In this document: positions 20,173 through 31,902 of the stretch, in pieces
Numbering within the stretch: the first letter of the stretch is position 1
Layout: the number at the start of each line of letters is the position of its first letter
Assembly: GCA_045589295.1 (NCBI GenBank)
Contig: JAZNOU010000007.1
Location: forward strand, 64,001-128,000
Origin: Clostridia bacterium
Lineage (GTDB): Bacteria; Bacillota; Clostridia; RGIG6154
Direction: 5' to 3'
Length of the DNA: 64,000 nucleotides
The notes under the pieces: model-generated
Told to the model about the DNA's origin: nothing
Database searches by the model: none
Seen by the model: the letters and a program-made list of their open reading frames with translations, nothing else
Translations under genes and position numbers: made by a program

Positions 20173-22998
20173 TTATTTCAATATCCGTTTCAAATAATGA
20201 CCAGTATACGATTTTTTGCATTTGGCAACTTCCTCTGGAGTTCCTGCTGCAACTACTGTTCCGCCATTATTGCCACCATCAGGCCCCATATCAATTATAT
20301 AGTCCGCACACTTTATTACATCAAGATTGTGCTCAATGACAATAACAGTATTTCCTGCATCAACAAGTTTTTGTAAAACTTCTTCAAGTTTGTGTACATC
20401 TGCTGAATGCAGACCCGTAGTAGGTTCGTCTAAAATGTAAACTGTTTTCCCCGTACTGCGTTTTGAAAGCTCAGTCGCAAGTTTCACGCGTTGTGATTCG
20501 CCGCCTGAGAGTGTTGTTGCAGGTTGACCAAGTGTTACATATCCCAGTCCCACATCAAAAAGTGTTTGTAGCTTTCGCTTCACCGACGGAATATTTTCAA
20601 AAAACCCAAGTGCTTCTTCAACAGTCATATTCAACACTTCGCTAATGTTTTTTCCTTTGTACTTAACTTCCAGAGTTTCCCTGTTGTATCTCTTACCTTT
20701 ACAAACTTCACAAGGCACAAATACATCAGGCAAAAAGTGCATTTCAATTTTTATAATACCATCGCCGCTGCAAGCTTCGCATCTTCCACCTTTGACATTA
20801 AAACTGAATCTCCCGGGTCCATAGCCTCTCGCCTGCGCTTCTTGCGTTGAAGCGAACAAATCTCTTATATCATTAAATAGCCCTGTATATGTTGCAGGAT
20901 TCGAACGTGGTGTTCTACCTATCGGGCTTTGATCAATCTGTATTACTTTATCAAGATGCTCTATACCCAGAATATCTTTTGCTTTACCAGCCTTTTTCCT
21001 TGCACGATTTAATTTCGTTGCCAAAGTTTTATAAAGAATTTCGTTTATGAGTGTACTTTTCCCTGATCCTGAAACACCTGTTACAACTGTCATTACACCC
21101 AGAGGAATTTCAACATCGATATTTTTTAAATTATTCTCGGTGGCACCTACTATTTTCAACCTTTTGTCAGTGATATCACGCCTTTTTTCAGGAATGGCAA
21201 TTTCAATTTCTCCACTCAAATACTTACCGGTTATACTTTCTTTGCATTTTGTAATCTCATCTACAGTGCCTGCATACACTATGTTTCCGCCGTGAACACC
21301 TGCACCGGGGCCAATATCTATTATATAGTCCGCTTCGCGCATTGTTTCTTCATCGTGTTCTACAACAATAACACTGTTACCAAGATCCCTTAAATTTTTA
21401 AGTGTTGCTATAAGTTTGTCATTATCCTTTTGATGAAGCCCTATGCTTGGTTCATCTAAAATATACAAAACGCCCATAAGACTTGAACCAATTTGTGTTG
21501 CAAGCCTTATTCTCTGTGCTTCACCGCCCGAAAGTGTTCTTGCACCTCTTGAAAGCGTCAGATAATCAAGCCCTACGTCAACCAAAAAACCCATTCTTGA
21601 CTTAAGCTCTTTTAATATCATATCAGCAATTATTTTTTCTTTGTCGGTCAAGTTTAAGGATTTTATAAATTCAAGCCCATCAGAAATAGACATATCTGTA
21701 AGTTCAATAATATTTTTACCGCCGACAGTCACAGAAAGACTTTCTTTTTTCAAACGTTTTCCGTTACATTCGGGGCAAATCATATTTACCATTTGTGACT
21801 CATATTCTGTTTTTTGTGCTTCCGAGGTAGTTTCTGCATACTTTCTCTCAAAATTGGATATTACACCCTCAAATCTTGCAAAATAAGTCCCTCCTGAATA
21901 CTCCCTTTGATATTCAAACTTAATTTTTTCATCCCCTGTGCCATACAAAAGTTTATCCTGATATTCTTCAGGGATATCTTTAAATGGTGTTGTCATTTCA
22001 AATCCATAGTGCTTTGCAAGAGCTGAATAATACATATATGCCATACTTTTAGGATTATCTGCAGAATTCCATCCACTTGCAACGATAGCACCTTCTATAA
22101 GGCTTTTATTAGGATCTGGAACAACTTGTTGAGGGTCAATTTTTAGCTGTTCACCCAGACCTGTACAATGTTGGCAAGCACCAAACGGACTATTAAACGA
22201 AAACATTCGCGGAGTAAGTTCTTCAATACTTATACCACAATCAGGACATGCATAATTCTGACTGAACAACATTTCCTCATCGCCGATTACATCAATTATA
22301 ACGTTGCCTGATGCAAGCTTAAGTGCTGTTTCAACCGAATCTGTAAGACGCTTTTGCATATCATCTCTCTTGACAAGTCTGTCAATAATAATACTAACAT
22401 CGTGTTTTTTATTTTTATCCATAGGAATTTTATCTGTAAGTTCATAAATAATACCGTCAACCTTCGCTCTTACATATCCGCTTTTTGCAGCATCGTTAAG
22501 CAACTTTGCATGTTCGCCTTTTCTTCCGCGAATTAGTGGTGCCAACACTTGAAATTTAGTACCATCAGGAAGCTTTAAAACCTTATCAACAATCTCATCA
22601 ACTGATTGTTGCTTGATTTCCTTGTGGCATTTCGGGCAATGAACTATACCGATTCTTGCATATAAAAGTCTTAAATAATCATAAATTTCAGTTACAGTAC
22701 CTACTGTTGACCTTGGATTTCTGCTGGTTGTTTTCTGATCAATTGAAATTGCAGGCGACAATCCCTCGATATAATCAACATCCGGCTTGTCCATCTGCCC
22801 TAAAAACATTCGTGCATACGAAGAAAGCGATTCAACATAACGCCTTTGTCCTTCAGCATATATGGTATCAAATGCAAGTGAAGATTTACCTGAACCGCTA
22901 AGCCCGGTAATAACTACAAGCTTATCCCTTGGGATTTCAATATCAATATTTTTTAAATTGTGTTCTCTTGCGCCCTTTATATAAATATTTTCTCTCAT
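20173..22998 (-). CDS. uvrA: Excinuclease ABC subunit A
   Basis: Two ABC ATPase modules ([21 protein letters not shown]), zinc fingers, 941 aa. Confidence 0.98.
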   Translation of the reverse strand: MRENIYIKGAREHNLKNIDIEIPRDKLVVITGLSGSGKSSLAFDTIYAEGQRRYVESLSSYARMFLGQMDKPDVDYIEGLSPAISIDQKTTSRNPRSTVGTVTEIYDYLRLLYARIGIVHCPKCHKEIKQQSVDEIVDKVLKLPDGTKFQVLAPLIRGRKGEHAKLLNDAAKSGYVRAKVDGIIYELTDKIPMDKNKKHDVSIIIDRLVKRDDMQKRLTDSVETALKLASGNVIIDVIGDEEMLFSQNYACPDCGISIEELTPRMFSFNSPFGACQHCTGLGEQLKIDPQQVVPDPNKSLIEGAIVASGWNSADNPKSMAYMYYSALAKHYGFEMTTPFKDIPEEYQDKLLYGTGDEKIKFEYQREYSGGTYFARFEGVISNFERKYAETTSEAQKTEYESQMVNMICPECNGKRLKKESLSVTVGGKNIIELTDMSISDGLEFIKSLNLTDKEKIIADMILKELKSRMGFLVDVGLDYLTLSRGARTLSGGEAQRIRLATQIGSSLMGVLYILDEPSIGLHQKDNDKLIATLKNLRDLGNSVIVVEHDEETMREADYIIDIGPGAGVHGGNIVYAGTVDEITKCKESITGKYLSGEIEIAIPEKRRDITDKRLKIVGATENNLKNIDVEIPLGVMTVVTGVSGSGKSTLINEILYKTLATKLNRARKKAGKAKDILGIEHLDKVIQIDQSPIGRTPRSNPATYTGLFNDIRDLFASTQEAQARGYGPGRFSFNVKGGRCEACSGDGIIKIEMHFLPDVFVPCEVCKGKRYNRETLEVKYKGKNISEVLNMTVEEALGFFENIPSVKRKLQTLFDVGLGYVTLGQPATTLSGGESQRVKLATELSKRSTGKTVYILDEPTTGLHSADVHKLEEVLQKLVDAGNTVIVIEHNLDVIKCADYIIDMGPDGGNNGGTVVAAGTPEEVAKCKKSYTGHYLKRILK

Positions 22999-23005
22999 TT
23001 TAACC

Positions 23006-24961
23006 TCAATCCTGTTGTTCTTTTAGTTCTGCAATTTTATCTCTCAGCATTGCCGCACGCTCGAACATAAGATTTTTTGCAGCTAGCTTCATTTCTTTTG
23101 TAAGCTCCTCTATTACCATTTCAACATCATCAATAACCCCGATATTTGTTGCCTGTTCATCATATTTAACAGCTTCAATAACATCACGAACATCTTTAAC
23201 AATGCTTTTGGGAATAATTCCGTATTTTTTATTAAAATTCATCTGAATTTCTCTGCGCCTATTAGTTTCGTCAATGGCACGTTTCATACTGTCAGTTATA
23301 GTATCTGCATACATTATAACTTTGCCATTTACATTTCTTGCAGCTCTTCCTATAGTTTGAATGAGCGACGTTTCACTTCGCAAAAAGCCTTCTTTATCAG
23401 CATCTAAAATTGCAACCAGCGACACCTCAGGAATATCCAAACCTTCTCTTAATAGGTTGATCCCCACCAAAACATCAAACTTTTTAAGTCTTAAATCTCT
23501 GATAATTTCCATTCTTTCAATAGTTTTTACATCAGAGTGCAAATATCTTACTTTAATGCCAGCTTCATCTAGAAATTCCGTAAGACTTTCTGCCATTTTC
23601 TTTGTGAGGGTTGTAACTAAAACCCTTTCGCTCACTTCTAATCTTTTATTAATTTCTGAAAGAAGATGGTCAATCTGTCCTGTTCTTCCCACAACCATAA
23701 CCTCCGGATCTACCAAACCCGTAGGACGATTAATCTGTTCCACAACTGCATCAGATTTTTGTTTTTCATATTCAGCCGGGGTTGCACTTACATATACCAC
23801 TTGCCCTATTTTACCCTCAAATTCTTCAAAACAAAGCGGACGGTTATCATATGCACTTGGAAGTCTAAATCCATAGTCTACAAGACTCTTTTTCCTCGAA
23901 CGATCGCCTGCATACATAGCTCTTACCTGAGGTATTGTAACATGAGCCTCATCAACAACCAAAAGAAAGTCATCGGGGAAATAATCAAGAAGTGTAAATG
24001 GCGCTGAGCCTGCTTTTCTTCCGCTAATATGTCTTGAATAATTTTCGATACCCTGACAAAAACCTGTTTCCAGCATCATTTCTATATCATAGTTTGTACG
24101 TTGCTCAATCCTTTGAGCTTCAACCGCCATATCTCTATCATTAAAGAATTTAATGCGCTCTTCTAATTCATCTTTTATATCCTTAATAGCTGTGTGCATT
24201 TTCTCTTTCGTTGTTACGTAGTGTGATTTAGGAAATATCACCGCGTGATTTCTAACACCAATAACTTCTCCAGTTACGACATTTATTTCTGTTATACGGT
24301 CAATTTCATCACCAAAAAATTCAACTCTAATTGAATTTTCATGTGAGTTTGAAGGAACTATTTCAATTATATCACCACGAACTCTGAATTTACCTCTTGA
24401 AAAATCTATATCATTTCTTTCATACTGCATTTCTATAAGGCGCATTATGACCTCGTCACGATCTTTGTTCATACCAACTCTTAAAGAAAGTACCATTGTG
24501 TTATAGTCGATAGGATCACCCAAACCATAAATACAAGAAACTGACGAAACAATTATAACATCACGTCTTTCAAAAAGTGATGCCGTAGCGCTGTGACGCA
24601 GTTTATCAATATCATCATTTATCGAAGCATCTTTTTCAATATAAGTATCAGTATGCGGAATATATGCCTCAGGTTGATAATAATCGTAATATGATACAAA
24701 AAACTCAACTGCATTTTCCGGAAAAAACTCTTTAAATTCGCTACAAAGCTGTGCCGCCAGTGTTTTATTGTGTGCAAGTACAATAGTAGGTCTGTTGACT
24801 TTTTCTATTACTTTTGCAATAGTATAAGTTTTACCAGAACCTGTAACCCCTTTTAATATCTGACCACAGAGACCATTATTAATACCCTGTACTAACGCAT
24901 TGATTGCCTCAGGCTGATCGCCTGCAGGTTCATATTTTGATACTACCTTAAAATCGGGCAT
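23006..24961 (-). CDS. uvrB: Excinuclease ABC subunit B
   Basis: [20 protein letters not shown] beta-hairpin, QTIGRAAR, C-terminal FERAAMLRD. Confidence 0.98.
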   Translation of the reverse strand: MPDFKVVSKYEPAGDQPEAINALVQGINNGLCGQILKGVTGSGKTYTIAKVIEKVNRPTIVLAHNKTLAAQLCSEFKEFFPENAVEFFVSYYDYYQPEAYIPHTDTYIEKDASINDDIDKLRHSATASLFERRDVIIVSSVSCIYGLGDPIDYNTMVLSLRVGMNKDRDEVIMRLIEMQYERNDIDFSRGKFRVRGDIIEIVPSNSHENSIRVEFFGDEIDRITEINVVTGEVIGVRNHAVIFPKSHYVTTKEKMHTAIKDIKDELEERIKFFNDRDMAVEAQRIEQRTNYDIEMMLETGFCQGIENYSRHISGRKAGSAPFTLLDYFPDDFLLVVDEAHVTIPQVRAMYAGDRSRKKSLVDYGFRLPSAYDNRPLCFEEFEGKIGQVVYVSATPAEYEKQKSDAVVEQINRPTGLVDPEVMVVGRTGQIDHLLSEINKRLEVSERVLVTTLTKKMAESLTEFLDEAGIKVRYLHSDVKTIERMEIIRDLRLKKFDVLVGINLLREGLDIPEVSLVAILDADKEGFLRSETSLIQTIGRAARNVNGKVIMYADTITDSMKRAIDETNRRREIQMNFNKKYGIIPKSIVKDVRDVIEAVKYDEQATNIGVIDDVEMVIEELTKEMKLAAKNLMFERAAMLRDKIAELKEQQD

Positions 24962-25019
24962 ATATTCACCTCCTGTATAAAAATCATATTTTTTGACAAA
25001 ACAAAACTATATCATTTTA

Positions 25020-25048
25020 AGTATAACATAGTCTTATATTTTTTTCAA
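25020..25048 (-). promoter_or_regulatory. Sigma-A promoter for uvrBA
   Basis: TTGAAA-N17-TATACT with extended TG. Confidence 0.65.
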
Positions 25049-25131
25049 CAAAAAGCAACAAATAAGAAACTTCCTAATACTTCTATTTTGTTTTTTTATC
25101 ACAAACTTATAACATATTAAAACTTAAATTT

Positions 25132-25166
25132 AAAAGGCAGAATAAGGTAACTCCTTATTCTGCCTT
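25132..25166 (-). terminator. Intrinsic terminator after GT2 gene
   Basis: AAGGCAGAATAAGG-5nt-CCTTATTCTGCCTT stem followed by T residues on the minus strand. Confidence 0.75.
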
Positions 25167-25175
25167 AAAATCAAA

Positions 25176-26429
25176 TTATTTATTAATTTCTTGTAATGAA
25201 ATTGTTCTTGTGTGTTGCGTATGGAACCATTCCTTATTGTTTTTCTTTACAACACCTACTATTGCAATAGGGAACCATGTAAATGTGTAGAAATAATATG
25301 GTATATACCCCTTTACAACTTTCCAGTTCATTTTACCTTCTAACAGCAAAACTGTAGGCAAATATAACAACTGTCCAATTACAATTGCATTCCAAATTAT
25401 TGGTGAATTAAACAAATATTGCATCTGGAAAAAACCAAAATCACCATTAGGGTAAAATGTTTGAAGATAACCCATAAGAAGTATCATAAACATAGCAATA
25501 AGTCTGATTGGCTGAAAAAGATAGAACGCACAATCAATTGGGATGATATTTCTGTCTTTAAAACCTTTTTTAACAAGTTTAAAGAAAAATCTGTTTGCCA
25601 CATCTGCATGACCTTGCATCCATCTTACTCTCTGCTTATAAGACTGGCTGAAAGTGATTGGCTTTTCATCATATACAATAGCATCATGAGCCCATGCAAC
25701 TTTATAGTTGTTAAGTGCAAGTTTCATGGTAAATTCCATATCTTCTGCAAGACAGGTAGCTCCCCAGCCAATTTCCTTTATAATATCAGTTGAAAGTGCA
25801 AAACCTGTTCCGCAAAGCTGACAACACATTCCGAGTGTATATCTTGCATACTGGAACAATCTATTAATGCTCCAGAAAGAAATTGCATATGAAAGTGTTA
25901 TCCATGAGTCATAAGGATTTTTTGTATCAATGTAACCCTGTACAGCTCTGTAACCTCTGTTAAACTGTCTGTTCATCTGATTGAGGAATTCAGGATGCAC
26001 AACGTTATCAGCATCAAAAACACAAATACCGTCAAACTGAGTTTCCATAGCAAAAATCTTCTCAAACATCCATTCGAGAGCATGACCTTTGCCCTTTAAA
26101 GTATCATTAAATCTTTCATGCACACAAGCGCCATGTTTTCTTGCAACATCAGCTGTTTCATCATCACAATTATCTGCAATAACAAAAACCTCATAGGCAT
26201 CTTTCGGATAATTAAGCGTATTCAAAGAGTCAATAAGATTACCGATTACCGCCTGCTCGTTATGTGCAGCTACTACCATTGCAAACTTGTGAGTTTTTGT
26301 GCCCGTATTTTTACATGCAGGCTCTTTTTTAAATAAGCAACCAACCAACGAAATAACAGTATAATATCCACCAAGCACTAACATTAAAATCTGAAGTACC
26401 ATGCTGAATATGTATGACACAGTAGTCAT
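25176..26429 (-). CDS. Membrane glycosyltransferase family 2 (processive-type motifs)
   Basis: AAHNE, DNCDD, FDAD, AED, QRVRW (QxxRW), flanking TMs; start MTTVSY with AGGAG RBS. Confidence 0.92.
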   Translation of the reverse strand: MTTVSYIFSMVLQILMLVLGGYYTVISLVGCLFKKEPACKNTGTKTHKFAMVVAAHNEQAVIGNLIDSLNTLNYPKDAYEVFVIADNCDDETADVARKHGACVHERFNDTLKGKGHALEWMFEKIFAMETQFDGICVFDADNVVHPEFLNQMNRQFNRGYRAVQGYIDTKNPYDSWITLSYAISFWSINRLFQYARYTLGMCCQLCGTGFALSTDIIKEIGWGATCLAEDMEFTMKLALNNYKVAWAHDAIVYDEKPITFSQSYKQRVRWMQGHADVANRFFFKLVKKGFKDRNIIPIDCAFYLFQPIRLIAMFMILLMGYLQTFYPNGDFGFFQMQYLFNSPIIWNAIVIGQLLYLPTVLLLEGKMNWKVVKGYIPYYFYTFTWFPIAIVGVVKKNNKEWFHTQHTRTISLQEINK

Positions 26430-26576
26430 TTTTTTCACTCCTTTTTTAAACCAACGTACATAATACACTATTTTTCAAAAAAAATCAAGTCTTTTTTTAT
26501 ATTTAATGAAATATTGTAGACTTTTTCTCAAAAATAGTGTAAAGTATTACTATAAACTTGAAAGTGGAGTGAAGAT

Positions 26577-27920
26577 ATGGCAAAGAGCAAAACTGTATTT
26601 ATTTGTTCAGAATGTGGATACAAGACTGCAAAATGGTCTGGCAAGTGTCCCGAATGTAACAGTTGGAACACGATGACCGAAGAAGTCGAAGTAGTTGCAG
26701 ACACAACTTTTTTTCAACCTAAAATCACACAAGGTGCTACTCCTATCAATGATATTACTTCATCTGCCGAAAGCAGATTTACTGGCGGTTCTAAAGAACT
26801 TGACCGCGTACTCGGTGGCGGCATTGTTGAAGGTTCTTTGATTTTAATAGGTGGTGAACCGGGCATTGGAAAATCCACTCTTCTCCTCCAGATTTGCAAA
26901 TCAATAAAAGAAGATGTTTTATATATTTCCGGTGAAGAATCTCCTTCACAAATTAAGATGCGCGCTAAAAGGCTTTCTGTAGATAAGGAAAATTTATCCA
27001 TATTATGCAACACAAATCTTTCAAATATACTTGCCAACATAGAAGCAAAAAAACCAAAAGTTGCAATTATTGACTCAATACAAACCATTTATTCAAAAGA
27101 AATTTCTTCTGCTCCAGGTAGCGTTAGTCAAGTACGACAAGTTACACTCATGCTTATGAAACTCGCCAAAAGTCTTAACATAACAATTTTTATCGTAGGG
27201 CATGTAACCAAGGATGGTTCAATTGCAGGTCCAAGGGTCTTGGAGCACATGGTGGACAGCGTATTATATTTTGAAGGTGACAGTTCACACACATTCAGAC
27301 TTTTAAGAGCGGTTAAAAACCGTTTTGGTTCTACCAACGAAGTAGGTATTTTTGAAATGACCGATTGTGGACTTAACGACATTAAAAACCCATCTTCAAC
27401 ATTTTTAAATGAGTATGACAAACCAATTGCAGGTAACTGCATAACCTGCACCGTGGAAGGTACAAGGCCAATTTTAACCGAAGTACAAGCACTTACCTGC
27501 CCTACTTTCTTGCCTGTTCCCAGAAGAACTGCTTCAGGCATTGATCAACACAGAGTTGTACTTTTAATGGCTGTTTTGGAAAAAAGACTAAAACTAAATC
27601 TTTCAAATTACGACACTTATATAAATATTGCAGGCGGTATGCGTCTTTCTGAACCGGCATCTGACTTAGCTGTTGCACTTTCAATATATTCAAATTATAA
27701 AGATATTATTATCGGTAATTCAACTGTTATTTTTGGCGAAATCGGTCTTTCTGGTGAAGTTCGTTCTGTCACGGCTGCTGAAAGCAGGATTAAAGAGTGT
27801 AAAAAATTAGGCTTTGAAAAAATAATAATCCCATTTTCCAATTACACTTCTTTAAAAGAGAAGACTGGTGTTGTTGGGGTCAAAAATATATCCGATGCCA
27901 TAAAGGCTATCTCAAATTAA
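26577..27920 (+). CDS. radA: DNA repair protein RadA/Sms
   Basis: N-terminal C4 zinc finger, GGEPGIGKST, KNRFG motif, Lon-like C-terminus. Confidence 0.98.
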   Translation: MAKSKTVFICSECGYKTAKWSGKCPECNSWNTMTEEVEVVADTTFFQPKITQGATPINDITSSAESRFTGGSKELDRVLGGGIVEGSLILIGGEPGIGKSTLLLQICKSIKEDVLYISGEESPSQIKMRAKRLSVDKENLSILCNTNLSNILANIEAKKPKVAIIDSIQTIYSKEISSAPGSVSQVRQVTLMLMKLAKSLNITIFIVGHVTKDGSIAGPRVLEHMVDSVLYFEGDSSHTFRLLRAVKNRFGSTNEVGIFEMTDCGLNDIKNPSSTFLNEYDKPIAGNCITCTVEGTRPILTEVQALTCPTFLPVPRRTASGIDQHRVVLLMAVLEKRLKLNLSNYDTYINIAGGMRLSEPASDLAVALSIYSNYKDIIIGNSTVIFGEIGLSGEVRSVTAAESRIKECKKLGFEKIIIPFSNYTSLKEKTGVVGVKNISDAIKAISN

Positions 27921-28278
27921 ATTTTCCTAAAATCCTTATGTTTTGATTTTCTCTTTCAATTATATCCGCAGGGTTGTAACCCAATAAAAGCATAAGCGAA
28001 ATTAAATAAAACGTACTTTGCCCGAGTTCTTTTTCTATTTCTTGTTTGCACGAAGGGCAAAGTTCACCTTTTGCAAGAACTGGAACAGCCTCGTCTAAAC
28101 CGCAAGGCTGTTTTTTCGCACAAAACTCTATACATCCGCAATGTGTAGCAGCTTTTGTTATTGCCCTTATTGCCTTTTCCAAAGAAAGTTGTGATTTGCT
28201 CATTGTATCTACTAAACTTCTGTTACGCTTGTAGTATTTGTTTATTGTTTCACTTATATCCTTAATACAATTACTCAT
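27907..28278 (-). CDS. Conserved Cys-containing hypothetical protein (helical; typical neighbour of radA/carD in Clostridia)
   Basis: RNRSLVD, RAITKAATHCGC, GELCPSC, LGKFNLR; AGGAAGG RBS. Confidence 0.75.
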   Translation of the reverse strand: MSNCIKDISETINKYYKRNRSLVDTMSKSQLSLEKAIRAITKAATHCGCIEFCAKKQPCGLDEAVPVLAKGELCPSCKQEIEKELGQSTFYLISLMLLLGYNPADIIERENQNIRILGKFNLR

Positions 28279-28377
28279 TTTCTGCCTTCCTTTCCTTTTG
28301 CTGTATCTACAACACTAATTATATACTCCACACCTTGAAAATGCTGTCATTTTTTAAAATATTTTTTAAATTATATT

Positions 28378-28406
28378 TTGACTTTTTAATAAAAATATGG
28401 TATAAT
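28378..28406 (+). promoter_or_regulatory. Sigma-A promoter for carD-ispD-ispF-proS
   Basis: TTGACT-N17-TATAAT with extended TG. Confidence 0.8.
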
Positions 28407-28449
28407 TTATACATATTTGGGAATATTTTATTTCCCTGGAGGTGAGTGT

Positions 28450-28926
28450 TTGTATAATATAGGCGAAAAGATTGTTTATCCTATGCATGGTGCAGGTATA
28501 ATTGAAGCAATCGAAGAAAAAGAAATTTTAGGAATAATGCAGAAATATTACATACTTAAAATCGCTACTACCAACATGGACATTATGGTCCCTGTTGCTA
28601 CTGCTGACGATATTGGGGTAAGGCCTATAATTGACCAGAATGATTTATGCAACATATTTGATGAAATCAAGCACTACGAAGAAACCGACGAACTAAACTG
28701 GAATAAGAGATACCGCCTTAATTTGCAAAAAATAAAAACAGGCAGCATTGTAGAAGTTGGTCAGGTTATCAAAAGTTTGCTACTCAGGGAAAACATAAAA
28801 GCACTTTCGACTTGTGAAAAGAAAATGCTTAATAATGCCCGTCAGATTATGGCTAGTGAAATTGTTCTTGCCACCGGCAGAGAACTTGAAGATATCGAGC
28901 TTCAGATTGACAGTTTAATTTGTTAA
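28450..28926 (+). CDS. carD: CarD family transcriptional regulator
   Basis: IGEKIVYPMHGAG, NWNKRYR; TTG start with GGAGGTG RBS. Confidence 0.93.
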   Translation: MYNIGEKIVYPMHGAGIIEAIEEKEILGIMQKYYILKIATTNMDIMVPVATADDIGVRPIIDQNDLCNIFDEIKHYEETDELNWNKRYRLNLQKIKTGSIVEVGQVIKSLLLRENIKALSTCEKKMLNNARQIMASEIVLATGRELEDIELQIDSLIC

Positions 28927-28990
28927 TATTGTTTACAAAGATGAGTTGTATTTTATGCAGCTCATCAATAATTATTAAAGAGGTTAAAAC

Positions 28991-29725
28991 GTGGGGAAAA
29001 TAATTCAGGCAGATTTCGGCAAACATTCCGAAAACCAAAAAAAATGTACTGTTATACTTGCAGCTGCAGGTTGTGGCAGCCGTATGGCATTAGGGTTTAA
29101 TAAAGTCTTTCTTACTATAGATGAAAAACCTGTTATTGCATACAGTCTAGAAATGTTTGAATCAATATACGAAATAAAAAACGTTATAATTGTCGCTTCA
29201 AAGGATGATATTCCTCTCATTAGTGATATAGTTCGCGAATTTGGATATAAAAAAGTTAAAAATATTATTTGTGGTGGCTCAACCAGACAAGAAAGTGTAT
29301 TAAACGGATTGCTTGCAATGCCTTCAGAAACTGACATAGTTTTAATACACGATGCGGCACGACCACTAATTACCGAAAGTGTTATTTTGGAACTTATTAA
29401 GACTGCCGACAGTGAAGGTGCAGCAACTTGTGGTGTATACGCAGTTGATACTTTAAAAACTGTGGACGAAAATCTAAATATAACCGAAACATTAAACAGG
29501 AGCAAAGTTGTTCATATCCAAACTCCTCAGGTTTTTAAAAAGGATATAATTATTCAGGCACACAAAAATGCTGTTTCAACAGGTTTTAAAGGTACCGATG
29601 ACTGCTCTTTGGTAGAAAATCTCGGCATTAATGTTAAGGTTGTTTTGGGTGAGCGTTGTAATATTAAACTTACCTCCCCTGAAGATTTTGTTATCATATC
29701 TGCTTTTATGGAATATAAGGAGTGA
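28991..29725 (+). CDS. ispD: 2-C-methyl-D-erythritol 4-phosphate cytidylyltransferase
   Basis: [35 protein letters not shown]. Confidence 0.95.
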   Translation: MGKIIQADFGKHSENQKKCTVILAAAGCGSRMALGFNKVFLTIDEKPVIAYSLEMFESIYEIKNVIIVASKDDIPLISDIVREFGYKKVKNIICGGSTRQESVLNGLLAMPSETDIVLIHDAARPLITESVILELIKTADSEGAATCGVYAVDTLKTVDENLNITETLNRSKVVHIQTPQVFKKDIIIQAHKNAVSTGFKGTDDCSLVENLGINVKVVLGERCNIKLTSPEDFVIISAFMEYKE

Positions 29726-29729
29726 TTTT

Positions 29730-30194
29730 ATGCGCATTGGTCACGGAATTGACTTTCACAGATTGACAAATGACAGAGATTTAATTTTAGGTGGAGTAAA
29801 AATTGAGTATGAAAAAGGTTTGCTCGGCCACTCAGATGCAGATGTTTTGTTACACGCCATCTGTGATGCACTTTTAGGTGCTGCCGCAAAAAGAGATATT
29901 GGGTATTATTTTCCAGATTCAAGCGGTGAATTTAAAGGGATTTCAAGTATTGAACTATTAAAAAGATCAAAAGAAATAATTAAACCTTTTGAGGTTTGTA
30001 ATATTGATGCAACAATAATTGCCCAAAAGCCAAAGCTTATGCCATACATTGAAGAAATGGTATCAAACATTTCAGATGCTTTAGATATTCCAAAGCATTG
30101 TATCAATGTAAAAGCAACTACTAGCGAAGGCATGGGTTATTGCGGTATAGGCGAAGGTATTGAGGCTCACGCCGTTTGCCTACTTAAAGACTAA
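29730..30194 (+). CDS. ispF: 2-C-methyl-D-erythritol 2,4-cyclodiphosphate synthase
   Basis: [36 protein letters not shown]; start at ATG 29730 with AGGAG RBS. Confidence 0.96.
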   Translation: MRIGHGIDFHRLTNDRDLILGGVKIEYEKGLLGHSDADVLLHAICDALLGAAAKRDIGYYFPDSSGEFKGISSIELLKRSKEIIKPFEVCNIDATIIAQKPKLMPYIEEMVSNISDALDIPKHCINVKATTSEGMGYCGIGEGIEAHAVCLLKD

Positions 30195-30225
30195 CAATTT
30201 TTCTTAAAAGAAAGTGAGATATATT

Positions 30226-31665
30226 ATGGCTAAAGAACAGAAAAAATTTGTAGAAGATATCACTTCAATGGATGTTGATTTTGCAAAGTGGTATACTGAC
30301 ATTGTAAAAAAAGCTGACCTTGTTGATTATTCAGGGATCAGAGGTTGTATGATCATAAGACCTTACGGATATGCTATTTGGGAAAATATCCAGCAGGCTC
30401 TTAATAAAATGTTCAAGGACACAGGGCACGAAAACGTGTATATGCCTATGTTTATCCCTGAAAGTCTTCTTCAAAAAGAAAAAGATCACGTAGAAGGCTT
30501 TGCGCCCGAAGTAGCCTGGGTTACCCATGGTGGTACTGAAAAATTAACCGAGCGTCTTTGTGTAAGACCTACATCAGAAACACTTTTCTGTGACCACTAC
30601 AAAGATATTATTCACTCATACAGAGATTTACCTAAGCTTTACAATCAATGGTGTTCTGTTGTGAGATGGGAAAAAACTACAAGACCCTTCTTACGTTCTT
30701 TGGAATTTTTGTGGCAGGAAGGTCACACTGCACATGCTACCGCTGAAGAATCAATGGAAGAAACAATTAATATGCTTAATATCTACGCCAAATTCTGTGA
30801 AGAATATCTGGCAATGCCTGTAATTAAAGGTCAGAAGACTGATAAGGAAAAATTTGCAGGAGCTGTTTCAACATTTACTATTGAAGCTTTAATGCACAAT
30901 GGTTATGCTCTTCAATCCGGAACTTCACACAACTTTGGCGATGGCTTTGCTAAAGCATTTGGCATTCAGTTTACTGATAAAGACAACACATTAAAACATG
31001 TTCACCAGACATCCTGGGGTGTTTCCACAAGACTTATTGGTGGTCTTATAATGGTCCATGGGGATGATAATGGTTTGGTACTACCTCCAAAAATCGCGCC
31101 AGTTCAGCTTATGATTATTCCGATTGCACAGCACAAAGAAGGAGTTTTGGAAAAAGCAAATGAACTTCTTTCCCTCCTTTCAGATTCAGTAAGAGTAAAA
31201 CTTGACGATTCAGATAAAAGCCCTGGATTTAAGTTCAGCGAGCAGGAAATGCGCGGCATTCCACTTAGAATTGAAATTGGCCCTAAAGATATTGAAAACA
31301 ATCAGGCAATTTTAGCCAGACGTGACAATGGTGAAAAAATTACTGTATCACTTGACAACATGAAGGAAGAGGTTGTTAAACTTTTAGATACTATTCAAAA
31401 AGATATGTTTGAACGTGCAAAAAACCACAGAGAGGAACGCACATTCAAAGCAACAGATATGGATAGTTTTGCAAAACAACTTGAAGAAAAACCTGGTTTT
31501 GTAAAAGCTATGTGGTGTGGTGATGTTGAGTGTGAAGAAAAAATTAAAGAACTCACAGGCGCAACATCAAGATGTATGCCATTTGAACAAGAACAAATTT
31601 CCGAAAAATGTGTATGCTGCGGAAAACCTGCTAAAAAAATGGTATATTGGGGCAAAGCATATTAA
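30226..31665 (+). CDS. proS: Proline--tRNA ligase (archaeal/eukaryote-like type)
   Basis: [32 protein letters not shown]-terminal zinc-binding domain ending GKAY. Confidence 0.97.
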   Translation: MAKEQKKFVEDITSMDVDFAKWYTDIVKKADLVDYSGIRGCMIIRPYGYAIWENIQQALNKMFKDTGHENVYMPMFIPESLLQKEKDHVEGFAPEVAWVTHGGTEKLTERLCVRPTSETLFCDHYKDIIHSYRDLPKLYNQWCSVVRWEKTTRPFLRSLEFLWQEGHTAHATAEESMEETINMLNIYAKFCEEYLAMPVIKGQKTDKEKFAGAVSTFTIEALMHNGYALQSGTSHNFGDGFAKAFGIQFTDKDNTLKHVHQTSWGVSTRLIGGLIMVHGDDNGLVLPPKIAPVQLMIIPIAQHKEGVLEKANELLSLLSDSVRVKLDDSDKSPGFKFSEQEMRGIPLRIEIGPKDIENNQAILARRDNGEKITVSLDNMKEEVVKLLDTIQKDMFERAKNHREERTFKATDMDSFAKQLEEKPGFVKAMWCGDVECEEKIKELTGATSRCMPFEQEQISEKCVCCGKPAKKMVYWGKAY

Positions 31666-31668
31666 TAC

Positions 31669-31697
31669 TTGACAAATTTAAAAAAACATTGTATAAT
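31669..31697 (+). promoter_or_regulatory. Sigma-A promoter of TPP riboswitch-thiT leader
   Basis: TTGACA-N17-TATAAT perfect consensus. Confidence 0.85.
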
Positions 31698-31703
31698 AAA
31701 CTC

Positions 31704-31795
31704 GAATATCGGGGAGCCGTAGTATCGGCTGAGAGGAAACACAAAGTTTCGACCCGTCAACCTGATTTGGATAATGCCAACGTAGGGAATATTTC
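31704..31795 (+). ncRNA. TPP riboswitch aptamer
   Basis: GGGGAGC...GCTGAGA...GACCCG..AACCTGAT.TGGATAATGCCAACGTAGGGA consensus, directly upstream of a thiamine S-component gene. Confidence 0.95.
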
Positions 31796-31807
31796 TGAAA
31801 TGTAATT

Positions 31808-31841
31808 TAGAGATAGTCTTGTTGGCTATCTCTATTTTTTT
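31808..31841 (+). terminator. Riboswitch expression-platform terminator
   Basis: TAGAGATAGTC-TTGTT-GGCTATCTCTA followed by T7. Confidence 0.8.
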
Positions 31842-31902
31842 GAGATAGCCAAAAAATTTATCCGTTCAGGCGTACAAAATACACTTTGAAAGGATGTTTT
31901 TT

